NCBI GenBank assembly: GCA_963692945.1
Contig: OY843585.1
Location: 543,664-607,663, forward strand
Source of the DNA: Bdellovibrionales bacterium
GTDB taxonomy: Bacteria > Bdellovibrionota > Bdellovibrionia > Bdellovibrionales > UBA1609
Reading direction: 5' to 3'
Length of the DNA: 64,000 bases
Each line of letters starts with the position of its first letter. Positions within the stretch are counted from its first letter, which is position 1. Below, one piece after another: positions 63,163 through 64,000 of the stretch. The notes under the pieces are model-generated. The model made no database searches. It saw only the letters and a program-made list of their open reading frames with translations, and was not told the DNA's origin. Position numbers and translations under genes: made by a program.

Positions 63163-64000
63163 ATGAACAAACTAATAATAAGTTTTATTATGATTTTTGT
63201 GTTTATCGGTTGTGAAGAACCTGGTGACACACAATTTGCATCTTTGAGTGGGGCTTCAGATTTTCAAGAATCTTTATCTGATGTTGTAAATTCTGAAGAG
63301 AAGTCTGAAGAGAAAATCGGACGTCGTAAAAATAAAAAAGGTAAAAAAGTAGAGATTGAAGTTGGTGGTAAAGATTTACAACCTGAAAAGCCATCTAAGG
63401 TCGTTCTTGAAGTTGCTGTTTATAAAGAAGAAACTGCTGCTAAAGCAGAAGTTGCTTCTAAAGAAAAGGCAGATATTCTATTTTATGTTGGCGGTGAAAC
63501 AAACAGTTGTTTGCAAGGTCTTGCTAAAGAGGTTGAGAAAAAAGGTTTTCTTTCCCATTTAGATGCTTTGGATTGGAAAGTAGCTGTGTCTCTTTTTCCA
63601 AAAAATCCTGGTTTTACAACTTTAGAAAACAATGGTCGTAAAATGACTAAAAACACTTCTAAACTTAAGAGAAAATTCTTGCTTCCTGTTGGAAAAATCA
63701 GTTGGGAAGATGTTAGTGTTATAGAAAGATCAAAAATGAAAGTGAAGAAAGGTGAGAAGCTGTTTCTTGACACGATACAAACGGAAGAATTAGATCATGG
63801 TCGCAATCCTCAACCTCGTTATGATGCTACTGAAGTTTATGCTTATAATTTAAGAAATGAACTTCCTGTAGTGGATTTTATGGATGGATTAGACGGTCTT
63901 TTATCTAATAAAAAATTTCTAAGAGAAGACTCTAAAGTTCATGTTGTAGTTATTGACTACGAACACTTCCCTTATTACACAGATAGAGAATGGAAGAAAT
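63163..64000 (+). CDS. Lipoprotein, function unknown (3'-truncated by window edge; absent from supplied ORF track)
   Basis: AAGGAGG RBS 7 nt upstream of the ATG at 63163. MNKLIISFIMIFVFIGC lipobox. My manual translation found no stop through nt 64000 (279 codons). Confidence 0.7.
   Translation, partial: MNKLIISFIMIFVFIGCEEPGDTQFASLSGASDFQESLSDVVNSEEKSEEKIGRRKNKKGKKVEIEVGGKDLQPEKPSKVVLEVAVYKEETAAKAEVASKEKADILFYVGGETNSCLQGLAKEVEKKGFLSHLDALDWKVAVSLFPKNPGFTTLENNGRKMTKNTSKLKRKFLLPVGKISWEDVSVIERSKMKVKKGEKLFLDTIQTEELDHGRNPQPRYDATEVYAYNLRNELPVVDFMDGLDGLLSNKKFLREDSKVHVVVIDYEHFPYYTDREWKK

Noticed and set aside
63203-63773. Three track ORFs (63203-63394 minus, 63356-63562 plus, 63483-63773 minus)
   Set aside because: All overlap a longer uninterrupted frame starting at 63163, which has a strong RBS and a lipoprotein signal.

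Overview
AT-rich (about 30% GC by eye) bacterial chromosomal segment using the standard code; TAA, TAG and TGA all terminate conserved genes. The housekeeping backbone comprises mlaE-mlaF-mlaD, HU, tmRNA, tRNA-Gly(UCC), tRNA-Thr(GGU), tuf, tRNA-Trp(CCA), methionine-salvage genes (mtnA, a nucleoside phosphorylase, mtaD), glutathione-reductase-like gor, radA, an Opp/Dpp-type peptide ABC importer, the ychF-pth-rplY-prs block, rph-rdgB, an MscS channel, cysK and feoAB. Gene content (Mla system, type IV pilins, lipoproteins) indicates a Gram-negative (diderm) organism. A Bdellovibrionota/Oligoflexia-like or other host- or prey-associated lineage is plausible but cannot be settled without a database search. 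Seven accessory or unusual regions stand out. (1) A minus-strand pilin-like operon (11.7-20.0 kb) has as its largest gene a 1494-aa membrane-anchored protein with 14 RCC1 blades and a C9 homopolymer tract. (2) A modular interspersed repeat family, bounded by terminal inverted repeats, occurs at seven intergenic loci, with compensatory stem changes between its hairpin variants. (3) Both flanks of tuf are disrupted: the tRNA-Thr 3' end is triplicated next to two paralogous secreted Cys-rich genes, and a small cargo region follows tRNA-Trp (methyltransferase-Mrr fusion, STAND-like ATPase, repeat arrays). (4) A radical-SAM / membrane protein / micro-ORF / PLP-enzyme cassette sits at the left edge. 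(5) A Flp-type prepilin sequence lies in frame at the C-terminus of an AmpD-like amidase. (6) A 1903-aa lipoprotein carries a metzincin-spaced zinc motif. (7) A leucine-dehydrogenase-like enzyme carries a signal peptide. rdgB is interrupted by one in-frame TAA. A long open frame at the right edge (63163 onward) is missing from the supplied ORF track. All functional calls rest on motifs read by eye; no similarity searches were run.
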